Below are positions 20,862-32,902 of a stretch of DNA of 60,759 nucleotides, piece after piece (positions within the stretch are counted from its first letter, which is position 1; every line of letters begins with the position of its first letter). The DNA is from an uncultured virus (IMG/VR IMGVR_UViG_3300024999_000047) (lineage: Duplodnaviria > Heunggongvirae > Uroviricota > Caudoviricetes): IMG/VR virus record IMGVR_UViG_3300024999_000047; one strand, 5' to 3'. Made by a program: the position numbers and the translations under genes. The notes beneath the pieces are model-generated. The model did no database searches. It saw only the letters and a program-made list of their open reading frames with translations, and was not told where the DNA came from.

Positions 20862-22280
20862 TTATGTATTCATTGTAATCTTCTTTGTACATCCATCTAT
20901 AACCACCTGCTGTTTATGTCTTCCTTTACAACATGAAGTTATACCACTATTAAATATATTTAATTCTCTTTCTACTTCTCTTATACTATTCCAGTTTTTT
21001 ATAAAATTATTATTCAAATCTAATTGAACAACACTTATAGTCATACTTTCATATTTTTTCAAAGGTTTAATATTATTCATATTTTTATAATAATCTTCTT
21101 TAAACATCCATCTATAATTATTTGCTGTTTTTAATCTACTATTACAACAAGCAGAAATGCCTGTGTTTATGTTTTTTATTTTTAATATTTCTTCTGCTTC
21201 TATGGCTCCTTTATATTCTGCTATAAATTTACCGTCTAAAGATAATTGAACTACAGGTTTGAATCTTTTTTGACTCAAATTTTTACCATTCATTCTTTGT
21301 ATTTCTTCTGGATCATAATCGCACCAACCTAATTTAGCACCTTGTTTTAAATAACCACTTATAGTATTCAGACCTAATTTCATTATTTTACCAATTTCTT
21401 TTGTATTATCAATTCCATTACTCCATAATTCACATGCCTTTTTAACTAAACTACTACACGCAAATTCATGACATTTTAACCAATTAATATTTGATAAATC
21501 AAATAATTCACTTAATCTACTATGTAATATATTAATTTTTATATATTCTAAATTTGATTTTCTACAATCTATTCTAATAACTTCTATGCCATGTTCTCTT
21601 GCTAATTTATCTTTATAATCATCAATTGCTTGAGTTTCTTCTGCTGATTGACCGATAAATGGATTATAATTACCATGTCCTAATCCTCCGTCTATTTCTA
21701 AAATATAACCCTTATCATCTAATTCAAAATAAAAATCATATCTTTTAGGTTTGATCCAATTAGGATTATATTGATATTCAAAATTATTTACTATATATAT
21801 TTCTTCTAGTTGATTAAATAAAAATATACCAAATTTTTCTGGGTATGAAATACTATCACCACAATTTGGACATGGAAATTTTTCTTGTCTTATAAGAGAA
21901 TTTATATTTATAGATTTTTTATATCCGCAGTCAGGACAAATAAATATTTCTGGTTCTGTTTTACCATAACTTATTCCATGACCTATTTCTGGATATTTTA
22001 ATAATTGAGCAATTTCAGGATGTGTTGTCCATAAATCATTACAACCTTTTAAAACTTTATTATTTGAACATACATTACAACCTACGCCACGTTTTAAAGA
22101 AGATTCACTTATGTTATCAATATTTCCATCTATTAAGCATTTATATTTATATGCTTTTATATTAGATTTTCTAGTATCTATTATTGTTATTTGTTCTAGT
22201 ATTTCAATTTCACCATTTTTTGTTTTTATCGTATCTCCATTATTATATTTATAATTCCTTATTTTATTTTTAGTTCCCAA
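20862..22280 (-). CDS. PD-(D/E)xK/Vsr-like homing endonuclease with two NUMOD1-type repeats; C-terminal 1-nt frameshift
   Basis: Paralog of 411..1847; YDFYF..LEIDGGLGH. The expected tail TAGGYRWMYKE continues in another frame near 20915. Confidence 0.8.
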   Translation of the reverse strand: MGTKNKIRNYKYNNGDTIKTKNGEIEILEQITIIDTRKSNIKAYKYKCLIDGNIDNISESSLKRGVGCNVCSNNKVLKGCNDLWTTHPEIAQLLKYPEIGHGISYGKTEPEIFICPDCGYKKSININSLIRQEKFPCPNCGDSISYPEKFGIFLFNQLEEIYIVNNFEYQYNPNWIKPKRYDFYFELDDKGYILEIDGGLGHGNYNPFIGQSAEETQAIDDYKDKLAREHGIEVIRIDCRKSNLEYIKINILHSRLSELFDLSNINWLKCHEFACSSLVKKACELWSNGIDNTKEIGKIMKLGLNTISGYLKQGAKLGWCDYDPEEIQRMNGKNLSQKRFKPVVQLSLDGKFIAEYKGAIEAEEILKIKNINTGISACCNSRLKTANNYRWMFKEDYYKNMNNIKPLKKYESMTISVVQLDLNNNFIKNWNSIREVERELNIFNSGITSCCKGRHKQQVVIDGCTKKITMNT

Positions 22281-22400
22281 TATAATTTTATATCCTCCTT
22301 TTTAATATTGTTTTTCTTACAATTTATTTTACATTTCTATCTATTAATTTATTTTTCTTTTTGAATCTATTTTATCTCCTTTCTAAATATATTATATTAA

Positions 22401-23075
22401 TTATTTAATTAATTTTAAATTTCCGAACTCTTTATGTTTTTCTTCAAATTCTAATTTATCTAATTCTTTTTGTAAATCTTTAATTCTATCTTTTATATTT
22501 TGTTTCTTTTCTTCTATTTTAAACTTCTCAACATTTTCATTTTTATTTTGTTCATTTAATAAAAATTGTTCTTCAAATTTCCAATAATCTTTTTCTTGTC
22601 CTTTCCATGTACAATAACTTAAATTGGTAATCTTTTCTATTTTAAAAGATGGTGAATTCCAATCGCATCCATCACCACAACATTCATATTTTTCATTATA
22701 ACCTTTATCTTCAGGAGTACATTCACAATAACCCCAATGTCTTTCATCATATAAAAATTCTATACAATAATAATAGTTATAGTATGCATCTACCCAATGT
22801 TTTGATTTTTTTTCATCTTCTGTTTTTTCAATTAAAATTTTAATTTTACCATTTGTATAACCTTCAGAGTAGTCTTTGTCATAACCATTAATACAATATG
22901 TATGCTTAGTAATATCATCTAAGAATTCTTTACAATTTTCAATTTGTTGGTCAATTACTGAAATCATATAACATATGTCTAAAGGGTTTTTGCTATTATT
23001 AATCATGTGTTCATTTTCATTATTTAATTCTTTGATTAGGTTTTGGATAAATTGATTTTTAATTGAAATTGTCAT
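22401..23075 (-). CDS. hypothetical protein
   Basis: 224-aa ORF with SD and a CEC..CCGDGCDW cluster. Confidence 0.65.
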   Translation of the reverse strand: MTISIKNQFIQNLIKELNNENEHMINNSKNPLDICYMISVIDQQIENCKEFLDDITKHTYCINGYDKDYSEGYTNGKIKILIEKTEDEKKSKHWVDAYYNYYYCIEFLYDERHWGYCECTPEDKGYNEKYECCGDGCDWNSPSFKIEKITNLSYCTWKGQEKDYWKFEEQFLLNEQNKNENVEKFKIEEKKQNIKDRIKDLQKELDKLEFEEKHKEFGNLKLIK

Positions 23076-23749
23076 AAGTAATGTCTCTCCTTTTAATTTT
23101 ATAATTATAATGTATTTTTAATTTCTTCCCATAGAAAATCACATATTTCATCTACACCGTTTACTCTAATTAATGGTGCATTAAAATCATCTAACAATTC
23201 TATCATTTGACCAATGTTAGGAAGTGGATAATATTCGTAGTAAACTTTCGTACATTCATAAGATAATTCCTTACATGGTTTAGTGAAACAATTAATAAAT
23301 TCTGTTCCGTTAACATTTAGATAATAAATATCTCCCATTTTGATACCTTTGTTAATCCACCAATTAAATAGTTTTACTTTTTGTGTAGTTGATAATTCTT
23401 TGAGTTGTTCTTTAGTGATTATTTGTTTCATTTAATTTATTATCCCTTTCTTTTTATTATATTTACATTCTATGTTAATTTTTAAATTTGGTTACACATA
23501 ATTAATGTGTTAGTTTCTTCCAAGCAATCTAATTCGTTGATTAGTTTAGCAATTTTACAAATAATAATTTCTTTTTTATTAGGTATTTCTAATATTCCAC
23601 AACATTTATCTAGTAGTTTATATTTGCTGGTTAAGTAGCAAGTTTCTTGATATATGTTTGATTGATAGTAAAACGGACATTTTTCTTTTATACATTTTAA
23701 TTCTTTAACTTCCGCTTTCATATTCGACTTGTCCTTTCTTGTAATGATT

Positions 23750-23778
23750 ATTATACTATTATATTTATTATTTGTCAA
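23750..23778 (-). promoter_or_regulatory. sigma-A-type promoter
   Basis: TTGACA-17 nt-TATAAT. Confidence 0.75.
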
Positions 23779-23886
23779 CTGTTCATTACCATTTTAATTA
23801 GTTAAGTTTGGTAATTTATTTTTGTTTGTTTATTTGTTGATTGGTGTTTACTAGTATTAATTTTTTTAATTTGTTTTAATTTAGGG

Positions 23887-23915
23887 GAAAGTAGAGATTG
23901 TTAGTCTCTACTTTC
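23887..23915 (-). terminator. probable intrinsic terminator
   Basis: GAAAGTAGAGA / TCTCTACTTTC stem after dUTPase. Confidence 0.6.
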
Positions 23916-23936
23916 TGTTTGGTAATATTGATTATT

Positions 23937-24437
23937 TTATTTATTAGTGCTATCTAAACATCCTATTCCTCTTTCGGATTCAAATTTTTTCAATGTTTCA
24001 TAATCAATTTCTTCTATATTAACTTTAGGAACAGGCAATAATACTACTTGGCAAATTGCTTTAGAATATGGATAAACTATTGCCAAATCTTGTAGTAATT
24101 TTAATACATCTTCATTTTTTTCTTTAGTTATTATAATAGGTTTATTATTGTGATTTGTAATAGGTACGAACCATGTTCCTCTATATGAAGAATCTATAAC
24201 CCCACATCGTTGACCAATTCCTTTTGTTCCTGTTGAACTTCTTTCAAATAATTGAAAATAATAATCATCAGAACAAACACTAGCAATTCCAGTAGGAATC
24301 ATTTTTGTTTCATTGGATTGAATTATCATATAATCTTCATTAAAACATGGATATACGTCCATCCCTGCATTCTCTTCTATTTTTGATGGAATAATTGCAT
24401 TTGGATTTGTTCTTGCAAAATGGATTGTTGTTTTCAT
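23937..24437 (-). CDS. dut: trimeric dUTPase
   Basis: AGMD, IPTG, ERSS, GVIDSSYRG, ICQ, ERG..G motifs. Confidence 0.92.
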   Translation of the reverse strand: MKTTIHFARTNPNAIIPSKIEENAGMDVYPCFNEDYMIIQSNETKMIPTGIASVCSDDYYFQLFERSSTGTKGIGQRCGVIDSSYRGTWFVPITNHNNKPIIITKEKNEDVLKLLQDLAIVYPYSKAICQVVLLPVPKVNIEEIDYETLKKFESERGIGCLDSTNK

Positions 24438-24458
24438 ATGTATATTTATTCTCCTTTT

Positions 24459-24941
24459 TTATTTTAATATAATTATATTTCCACTTTCTAATGTTTTTTT
24501 AACATCAATAATTCTTTGATTTTTACTTCCTCTAAATGCTAATGTTAAATCTCTTAATTCATGTATGTATTTTCCATCAACTAAAACATCTATATACTGT
24601 AATAGTTCTTTTTGTTTGATAGTTAATTCTTCAAATCTTTCTCCACAATAACACCATATATTTTTAGCTAATAATTTTATTTCTTTTGCTAATTTAATAA
24701 TTTCATCTATATTGTTGCACATGGGGCAACCACCACTAAAAGTTACCCCATATGATAATGCATCATTTTTAATTATATTAAGTAGATATTGCATTGTAAC
24801 TAATTGACCATTTCCTATTTCCCAAGTATCAGGATTATGACATTCATAGCAATAATGAGTACATCCTTGAAAAAATATTACTGTTCTTACTCCTATTCCA
24901 TCTCCCAAACTTTCTGTTCTAATTCCTGCAATTTCAATCAT
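24459..24941 (-). CDS. nrdG: anaerobic ribonucleotide reductase activase
   Basis: DGIGVR..FFQGCTHYCYECHN, TFSGG, DVLVDG, FRGSKNQRII. Confidence 0.93.
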   Translation of the reverse strand: MIEIAGIRTESLGDGIGVRTVIFFQGCTHYCYECHNPDTWEIGNGQLVTMQYLLNIIKNDALSYGVTFSGGCPMCNNIDEIIKLAKEIKLLAKNIWCYCGERFEELTIKQKELLQYIDVLVDGKYIHELRDLTLAFRGSKNQRIIDVKKTLESGNIIILK

Positions 24942-24943
24942 AA

Positions 24944-27004
24944 TTAACTACCTATTGTATCATGCTTTAATCTTTCATCAATTTCTTTCTTTTTACTACT
25001 ATTAATTCTATCTTCAAATCCCAAATATCCAGATATTCTTCTAATTTTTCTTATATTTGTATTTCCACATTTAGGACAACAATTATCAAATACACCACTA
25101 TTTCTACATTCGCCATTTAAACATTCATCTTTAGGATAATTAATACCACAATATCCAATATCTGAATTTTTCATGTGTTTTAAAATATGTTCAACACCAT
25201 CAATATTATGAATTGGTGCATCTGTTAATTCAATATAACTAATGTGTCCTGCATTATTGAATCTATGAAATTGTCCTTCAATAGTAATTTTTCTAGCAAT
25301 TGATATAGGAAAATATACAGGAATATGGAAAGAGTTTGTGTAATATTCTTTATCTGTTACTCCATTAATAACACCAAATTCTTCTTTATCTTTTATTACT
25401 TTATTACATGTAGACTCTGCTGGTGTAGCATAACACGACCAATTTAATTTAGTTTCTTCACACATTTCATCACAGAATTGTCTAAATCTATTATTAATTT
25501 CTAATGCTAAACTTAATCCTTTTTCATTTTCTCCATGATGAACACCAATTAAATCTTTAACACACTCTGCAATACCAATAAATCCTACTGCAATAGTTCC
25601 ATGTTTTAATGATTCTCCAACAGTATCTTCAGGAGATAATTCACCTGAATTATAATATATATCCTCTCCAAATACAAAAGGCATATCTTTTACTTTAAGA
25701 TTTTTAAGAATATTCCATCTATGTAATGATAATTCTTTTACATCATCAAGCATTTTATTTAATTTTTTCCAAAAATCTTTTAAATCTTTATTATAATGAT
25801 TACCTTTTGCCCTTAAAGCAATTTTAGGTAAATTAATAGTTGTTGGAAATATATTTCCTCTTTTTTCTGAACAAGAATCTCCATGTTGATTTGCAACAAT
25901 TCTACTTCTGCATCCCATAGGATTAATTTCTTTTGCTGGAAATATTTCATTACCTGCGTTATTCATAAATGCAAATGTAGGATTCATTCTATTACAAGAT
26001 ACTTTTATTGCATATTTATATAAATCATAATTTCTATCTTCTGGATTAAAATTAACTCCTTCTTTAACTTTAAATACTATATTAGGGAAAATAAATGTTT
26101 CACCTTTTCCCATGCCTTTTTCAAATTGACTTAACATTGCAAAAGATGTTTTTCTACCCCAATCTCCAGTTTCTAATCCAAAGGTTAAGGAAGAAAATGG
26201 TATTTGATTTCCAGCTCTAGTAGGCATAGTAGCAAGATTATAAAGTAAACTTTGACATCCTTGTTCTAATTCTTCAATAGTAGGTTCTTCAATAACTTTG
26301 TCTTTAATTAAGTTTTCAATTGTCATATCAATGTTTGGTAAAAGTGTTCCACCAAAAATATCATTAGAACATCTTTGAAGAATATTTGCTGCTAAATCCA
26401 TTGCACTTTTGATTCTTTTAGGAGAATTTACAAATCCATATTCTCCATTGTATCCAGTTCGTAATAATTGCTCTAAAGGAATTGATAAGCAATTGGGACT
26501 CTTGGAATAGTAGTCAAGATCGTGAATATGTATGTCTCCATTTTTATGTAATTTACTAAGATGTTTAGGAATTAATCTATTAAGATAATAATATTTACTT
26601 GTTTCAGAAGCAATCTGATACATTTTACTTGCAGTAGAGTGACCAATATTGGCATTATCTCTACTAGTTTCTTTGTCAATTTTTGCAATTCTTTTCATAA
26701 AATCAGATTCAAAATTTCTTTGTTTTGCTCTATCTTCACGATATAAAATATATTTTTTTGCTGTTTGAAGAAATCCTTCTGTCATTAAAACTTCTTCTAC
26801 AATATCTTGGATTTCTTCTACTTTAAATTTATCTCTACCATTTATTTTTAATACTACTTTATCTGATAACATTTGTGCAGTTTCATAATTTCCTTCTTTT
26901 GTTTCATTTAGTGCTGATAAAATTGCAATGGTGATTTTATATGTATCAAAGTTAACCATTACACCATTTCTTTTAATAATTTGTTTCAAAAATAATTCCT
27001 CCAT
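24944..27004 (-). CDS. nrdD: anaerobic (class III) ribonucleotide reductase with ATP cone
   Basis: IIKRNG ATP cone, HIHDLDYY, FPN, MGCRS, YATPAES, YYTNS, CPKCG..RRISGYLG. Confidence 0.95.
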   Translation of the reverse strand: MEELFLKQIIKRNGVMVNFDTYKITIAILSALNETKEGNYETAQMLSDKVVLKINGRDKFKVEEIQDIVEEVLMTEGFLQTAKKYILYREDRAKQRNFESDFMKRIAKIDKETSRDNANIGHSTASKMYQIASETSKYYYLNRLIPKHLSKLHKNGDIHIHDLDYYSKSPNCLSIPLEQLLRTGYNGEYGFVNSPKRIKSAMDLAANILQRCSNDIFGGTLLPNIDMTIENLIKDKVIEEPTIEELEQGCQSLLYNLATMPTRAGNQIPFSSLTFGLETGDWGRKTSFAMLSQFEKGMGKGETFIFPNIVFKVKEGVNFNPEDRNYDLYKYAIKVSCNRMNPTFAFMNNAGNEIFPAKEINPMGCRSRIVANQHGDSCSEKRGNIFPTTINLPKIALRAKGNHYNKDLKDFWKKLNKMLDDVKELSLHRWNILKNLKVKDMPFVFGEDIYYNSGELSPEDTVGESLKHGTIAVGFIGIAECVKDLIGVHHGENEKGLSLALEINNRFRQFCDEMCEETKLNWSCYATPAESTCNKVIKDKEEFGVINGVTDKEYYTNSFHIPVYFPISIARKITIEGQFHRFNNAGHISYIELTDAPIHNIDGVEHILKHMKNSDIGYCGINYPKDECLNGECRNSGVFDNCCPKCGNTNIRKIRRISGYLGFEDRINSSKKKEIDERLKHDTIGS

Positions 27005-27029
27005 TTATTTTATTATTTTATTTATTAAT

Positions 27030-27278
27030 TTAATCTCCTACTACATAACTAGAAATTCTTTTTGGTTTAAATAATTCAAATCTAAACTTTTGTTTAGTAG
27101 GATTTTCTTTTTCTTTAGGTGCTTCTTCTTGAAAAATACTTAATGGTCTAACCCATACCTTTCCTGATTCATATAATGATTTATATACAACATGTTCTTC
27201 TCCTGTTTCTGTATGTGTGCAAATATTTAATATCAAATATAAATCACCTTTAAAATGTCTTACTATTTTACCTTCCAA
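27030..27278 (-). CDS. DUF1653 family protein
   Basis: RHFKGDLY..HTETGE..VVY..LY...WVRP..F. Confidence 0.85.
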   Translation of the reverse strand: MEGKIVRHFKGDLYLILNICTHTETGEEHVVYKSLYESGKVWVRPLSIFQEEAPKEKENPTKQKFRFELFKPKRISSYVVGD

Positions 27279-27896
27279 AAATAATTCCTCCTTTTTATTT
27301 TAACCCACCTTCAACCTCTTCACTTCAATAAAACATTCATACCCATTTACTTCTCCACATTCATCCATATTACAATATGTTTGACTAACATCTTCTTTAC
27401 TCAAAAACCTTAAACAATTCTGAGATTTTTTACAATCATCATTTCTACAAAGATTAAATTCAGACAAAAATTCACCTCCCTCACTATCTACTATTATATT
27501 AACATTCTGTAGTGAACTTGTCAAGTATTAATTTCCATTTTAAATACAAGTGTCAATTGCTAATTCTGCCATATTTCTTAATTCTTGTTCGGTATTTATA
27601 TCAGTTGTCTCATCTGCTAATTCTAATAATTTATTAGCAAAAGCAGTTAAGAATTCATTGTCAGCATACATAATTAATTTTCTCCTTTCTTATATTTAAT
27701 TTACTTACACCTATCACAATATCCTTCAATTTTCTCACTCTCAAAATAATCCCTACAGAGACCACAATTAGTACCACATAATACCTTATGCCTATCTCCG
27801 TCGTATGTAATATAAATACCAAACTCACTAGATTTAATTGCTAATTCTATTGACATATTATTCATATGTAATATTAATCTCCTTTAATGTTTTTAT

Positions 27897-28496
27897 TTAA
27901 TAACTACCAATAGATACATCTCTTTTATGGTAATAATTATATGGTTGACTTGAGCCAGCAGCTCTAGCATTATTAACTCTATCCATTGCTTCGGCATGAT
28001 ATTTTTTCATTTCTCTTTCTTCTTTTCTTCGTGCGTTTGCATATTCTATAGATTTTTTATCATCATAAATTTTTCTATCAAGTTTTTCTTCTAAGTCAAT
28101 TAATAAATTGATCAGTCTAGAATTTTCGTTTGTTAAATACTCAATAATATTTTCTATTTCTATAAATCTTATAGTTTCATCTTCTTTTGTCATATGAGGA
28201 ATTATCCATTTATTAAAACATTCTTCTGACATATTGACTGTTTCATCAAATTTTATTGAAATATTTTTAAAATCTTTATATGTTGTTGGTGTTTCAGATT
28301 TTAATAATTTAGTATATTTAACTAAAAATATACCTTTGCTAATATTTACTACTTTCCCAAATAATATTTCATTTTCATTTATTATAATACTATTAAAATC
28401 TCTTGGATAATTTTTATAACTAGTAATATAATTATTATATATATTTTTAATAGATTTATTGCTAATAACATAATCTCCAATAAATATTTTACTCAT
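27897..28496 (-). CDS. hypothetical protein
   Basis: 199-aa ORF with SD. Confidence 0.6.
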   Translation of the reverse strand: MSKIFIGDYVISNKSIKNIYNNYITSYKNYPRDFNSIIINENEILFGKVVNISKGIFLVKYTKLLKSETPTTYKDFKNISIKFDETVNMSEECFNKWIIPHMTKEDETIRFIEIENIIEYLTNENSRLINLLIDLEEKLDRKIYDDKKSIEYANARRKEEREMKKYHAEAMDRVNNARAAGSSQPYNYYHKRDVSIGSY

Positions 28497-28703
28497 ATTA
28501 TTGCTCTCCTTTACTTTAGTCCTTTAATTTCAATTTCATTTTTCTTGAATATGTCATTAACTGTATTACGATATGCTATTTTTCTAAGAGTGTTTAAAGT
28601 GTCTACTAAATAAATATCATTTCTCTTGTAAATTTCTTTTCTTCTACTAGCACATTGCTTAACTGTTTCAATACCTTTAAATTCAAATTTACCTATTCTA
28701 TTT

Positions 28704-30077
28704 CTAATTATATTTATTCAATTCTTTATCCAATATTTCTTCAATCCTATCAAAATCCCAATACCATATTACAAGTAAATTTATATTATTATTCTGTGCA
28801 TATTCACATTTTCTTTTATCATGTTCAACTTGCCTTTCAAAATCTTTCTTTGATTTATGAAACCCTTTACAATATTTTTCATGTTGCATACCATGATACT
28901 CTATAAGAAGATTATATATTGGCAAATAAAAGTCATAAGAGAGTAAACCATTTCTTAAACCTACTAATTCATCAAATTCTTTTTGAGGAATGTAATATAT
29001 TATTTTATTATATTTATCTTTATTAATTAATTTATTATATTCCTCTTGACATATTTTTATAAAATTTTTATGTATAAAATAATTGCTTATTGATTCTTCA
29101 CCTTTAGAATAACTACATTCAGGACAACGAAAATCAAGTTGATTAGATGTACTTATAATTCTAGGATAATCTTTATGTTTACCATCTGGACATTTCCAAT
29201 AAACTTCTTGACTACTATGTGGTGAATATTCATATGGAGATTTTTTATTTTTATTTGACCAAACTTCTAATGATTTAGGATATAAAGTACCTAAAGAATC
29301 TAAAGGATGTATTTTATATCTATTACTACAGTATGAACATCTTTGATTTTGATTTGTAAATTCAGGACATCCTATAGAATAGCTACCATGATATTTCTTC
29401 TCCTGACATTTTATCCATATTTTACTTTTTTTAGAACCATAACTTATTCCCCAAGGATCAATTATATTCTTATCCCAATCCCAATATCTATCTAAAAAGT
29501 CTCCACATATATTGTCTATACACCATTGAGCAAATGAATTACATTTATTACATTCTATTGATCCTTTTTGCCCTTCAACAAATCCATGTATATTTTTCAA
29601 TTCACTTTCATGTAAATTTCTTGGACATTTAAAATAATATTTTTTATGTGTGCTGTAACATATTTCATTTGGTTTAATATTATTATTTAATTCATAATCC
29701 CATCTATTAATTATATTATCTGCTTCTTCTTTAGATAAATTTTCATAACACCAATTATAAAAAGATTTTTTTAATTTTGTTTTAGATAATTTAACTGCAC
29801 ATTTTTGACAATAATATTTTCCATCTTCTTTAACACTTTGTTTATATGTACTCCATTGAATATACAATGGTGTGTCGCAATTATCACAAATTACATCAAC
29901 TCTAATTTCACTTTTATTTAACAAATCTTCTACTTTAACTAATATTTTTGTTCCTTGTATTACTCTTATATCACCTTTTTTATCTTGCTCTCTTGGTATT
30001 GGATATCCTAAATTTTCATAATATTTTATTAATTTATTATATAAAGGTGTTTCTACTTCTTTTGTTATTAATCCCAT
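28704..30077 (-). CDS. PD-(D/E)xK/Vsr-like homing endonuclease with repeated zinc-ribbon modules
   Basis: Repeated W..KN..P....S....W.C modules; SKGE; YDFYLP..LIEYHGMQH; D..K..YA; IWYWD. Confidence 0.8.
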   Translation of the reverse strand: MGLITKEVETPLYNKLIKYYENLGYPIPREQDKKGDIRVIQGTKILVKVEDLLNKSEIRVDVICDNCDTPLYIQWSTYKQSVKEDGKYYCQKCAVKLSKTKLKKSFYNWCYENLSKEEADNIINRWDYELNNNIKPNEICYSTHKKYYFKCPRNLHESELKNIHGFVEGQKGSIECNKCNSFAQWCIDNICGDFLDRYWDWDKNIIDPWGISYGSKKSKIWIKCQEKKYHGSYSIGCPEFTNQNQRCSYCSNRYKIHPLDSLGTLYPKSLEVWSNKNKKSPYEYSPHSSQEVYWKCPDGKHKDYPRIISTSNQLDFRCPECSYSKGEESISNYFIHKNFIKICQEEYNKLINKDKYNKIIYYIPQKEFDELVGLRNGLLSYDFYLPIYNLLIEYHGMQHEKYCKGFHKSKKDFERQVEHDKRKCEYAQNNNINLLVIWYWDFDRIEEILDKELNKYN

Positions 30078-31827
30078 ATTATCTCCTTTCTTAATAGTTA
30101 TAATTTTAATTCATAATGTTCTCTTGACTCGTTTTTATTATAATTTTCATTAAGTAATATTAAATATCACCTCCAATTATTCCATTGCTTTTTTAATTAC
30201 TATCTTACAATCAGGACATCTCCAAATTTCTTTAAATACTCCATCTTCTCTTATTATATACATTGTATTAATTAAATTTTTATGTTCACAATCCAATTCA
30301 ATTGCTTTATTAACATCTTTATTTATTTTACATATTTGATTATGTATTTTTTCTTGTTCCTTGGTTAATTGTTTAATCTCTTTATCACCATACTCCTTAG
30401 CACAATTACCACATAAGAATCCTAATTGTCTTACAAAATATGTTGATTTTGTTTGTTTATCACAATTTGCACAATAATTCATATTAATATTATTTCTGCT
30501 CCTTTAACTTAGATTTTAAATAATATTTAATCTTCATAAGTTTACTTAATAAAACTTTATACTCGTCAATATCTTTCCATAATAAATCTAAATCCTCATA
30601 TCCATTAAATTTATTTTTATTTATTATATTTGCTATGGTTTTATCATTCCATGTATGTAGATTTTTACTGTTATTTATATCCAAAGGTATTTTTTCACCT
30701 AACACATTTAATTTATAGCAATATAAAAATATTTCTGATAATAAATCAATTAATCTAGTTTGATATGATTGAATTTCTGATTTTTCATATGTATAATATA
30801 TTTCTGTAACTTGCCAATAAATAGTATCCCAACTAATTAACATATGTATATTAGGACAAATATCATGATTATAAAATAATATTTCTTTTTGCTTATAATA
30901 TTCAAATAAGTAATTAATAATATAACTATATTTATTATCTTTGTTAAATTCATCAATACAAGTTAATACCGCAGAATCAATATCATTTTTATCTCTCTTA
31001 TCATTTAGTTTTTTATTAAGTATTTGTGCTATATTATTATATTTATATTCTATTTTATTACTCATATATTACACCTCATATTCTTTCCACTCAATAGATT
31101 GTTTTTTCCAACCTAATTCATCATAATCTATTTTATTATTTTTAATAAACTTTTTAAGATTATTAATCATTCTTGGCAATTCATTTTTTATTAATTTAAT
31201 TTGTTTATTGTGATCGCTTGGTATGATTTCTAACCCTTGTTTAATTACATCTTCATAATTATATGATGTATATTTATAACCTTCATATAATGCAAATTTT
31301 AAATATTCATTTAATGTAGCAATCATTTTTGTATTATAATTGAGTAACATTATTTGCTTATAAAATTCTAATATTTTATTATGTAAAGCATAATCATCAT
31401 ATTTATACAATTCATATTTGTATTTTATTTTTAATTCATTATATTTAGAAATAAGTATTTTTTCTTTAGTATTATCATCTATTTTATACCAACTATCTTT
31501 ACTTATTCCAACTTCTATAATAGCATTATGCTTTCCTATAGACTCAAATATTAAAAATGGTTTTCTATAATACAATGATTTATCTATTATATATTCATTA
31601 TAAATAAATATCGTATCTTCAATTTCAGCATCATTTAATACTTTAATAATACGATTTTTTAATTCTTCATAAGATTCTATTTTTCCAGATGAATAACTAT
31701 CAGGATTAACTTTAACATTTTTATTGATAAAATCATCTACTTTATAGTAGAAATTTTGTTTATCTTTTTTACTGATTAATAATTTTTGCATATTACACCT
31801 CGTTTTTTTGTTCCTTTATTTTTTATC

Positions 31828-32028
31828 TTACAAAATCTTAATATCCTTCCAAGCAAAATTTCTTTCTGCATTTTTATCAACATCAAAAGCACGTAATAAG
31901 TATTGTTCTTTTTTATGAAACTCCGTACTTCCATACCATACTTCATATGGGATTACCGTTCTTTTGCTTACTTTGCCCAACCAATTTTTGTACTCAAATT
32001 GTAGTGTAGGTGCGTATTCTGTAGACAT
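31828..32028 (-). CDS. stand-alone WYL-domain protein
   Basis: FEYKNW.G..SKRTVIP....YLLRAFD....RNF. Confidence 0.7.
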   Translation of the reverse strand: MSTEYAPTLQFEYKNWLGKVSKRTVIPYEVWYGSTEFHKKEQYLLRAFDVDKNAERNFAWKDIKIL

Positions 32029-32902
32029 GATAGTTTATTCTCCTTTTCTTCTTATATCTTTAATAAATCATCAATACTTGTTCTTGTAAATCCTTTTCGA
32101 TCTTCATTTAAAATAAATATCTTACCTTCTTCACAAAAACGACAACTAGGTATGATAATATTTGTAATAACTTCTTTCGGTAATATCATATCTATAAAAA
32201 CAGCATCGAATCTTTGCCCTCTTCCGTCACAAAATGGTGTTCCATCATACCATGTTGTAAATTGTTTTACAGCATTTCTATCTTTAGTAAATGAAGCAAT
32301 GTTCATACACATATTTATTCTCCTTTATTATTTATTTCTTTTAAGTATTCTACAGTCTTTTGAATATCTATTGATTCTTGATTATGCATTTTTTCATATA
32401 AATTTATTACTTCTCCTTCCTCAATTCCATCATTCCCACAAGGAATATTTATATCAAAACTTTCCTTTAAAAATACTCTACCAACAGGACTATTTAACCA
32501 TCCTATAAGTGTGTCTGCAACAATTTCAGCACATTCAGGATTATTGTTAACTATATTAACATATTCTTCATTTGATGAATCATAACGATAATGCCTAAAT
32601 ATTACATGTTCTAATGTTTGTTGTTTATATTTACTTAACCATGTTTGAACAACTTTACTAGATGTTCTATTTGCTCTGTATTGAGACATATCTTTGTTCA
32701 TTTTTATTCTCCTTTCTCAGATTCTATGAATTCCCTTCCATCTTCATATCCTTCAATTAATAAATCAAAAACACTATCAAATGCTTTCGATATATGTGTA
32801 TCTCCTGTCTCACTATCACATTCATTAAGAATTTGTTGTGCTATAAATTCAGCAAACAAATGTTTGGTGCAAATTTACAACTTTCTTACACTATTCTATA
32901 TA

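Noticed and set aside
23482..23778. Track starts for ORFs 23482..23778, 27300..27524, 8633..8845, 40411..41064 and 44861..45319
   Set aside because: These starts fall in promoter -35 boxes or at core-site arms; downstream SD-preceded starts are more plausible.
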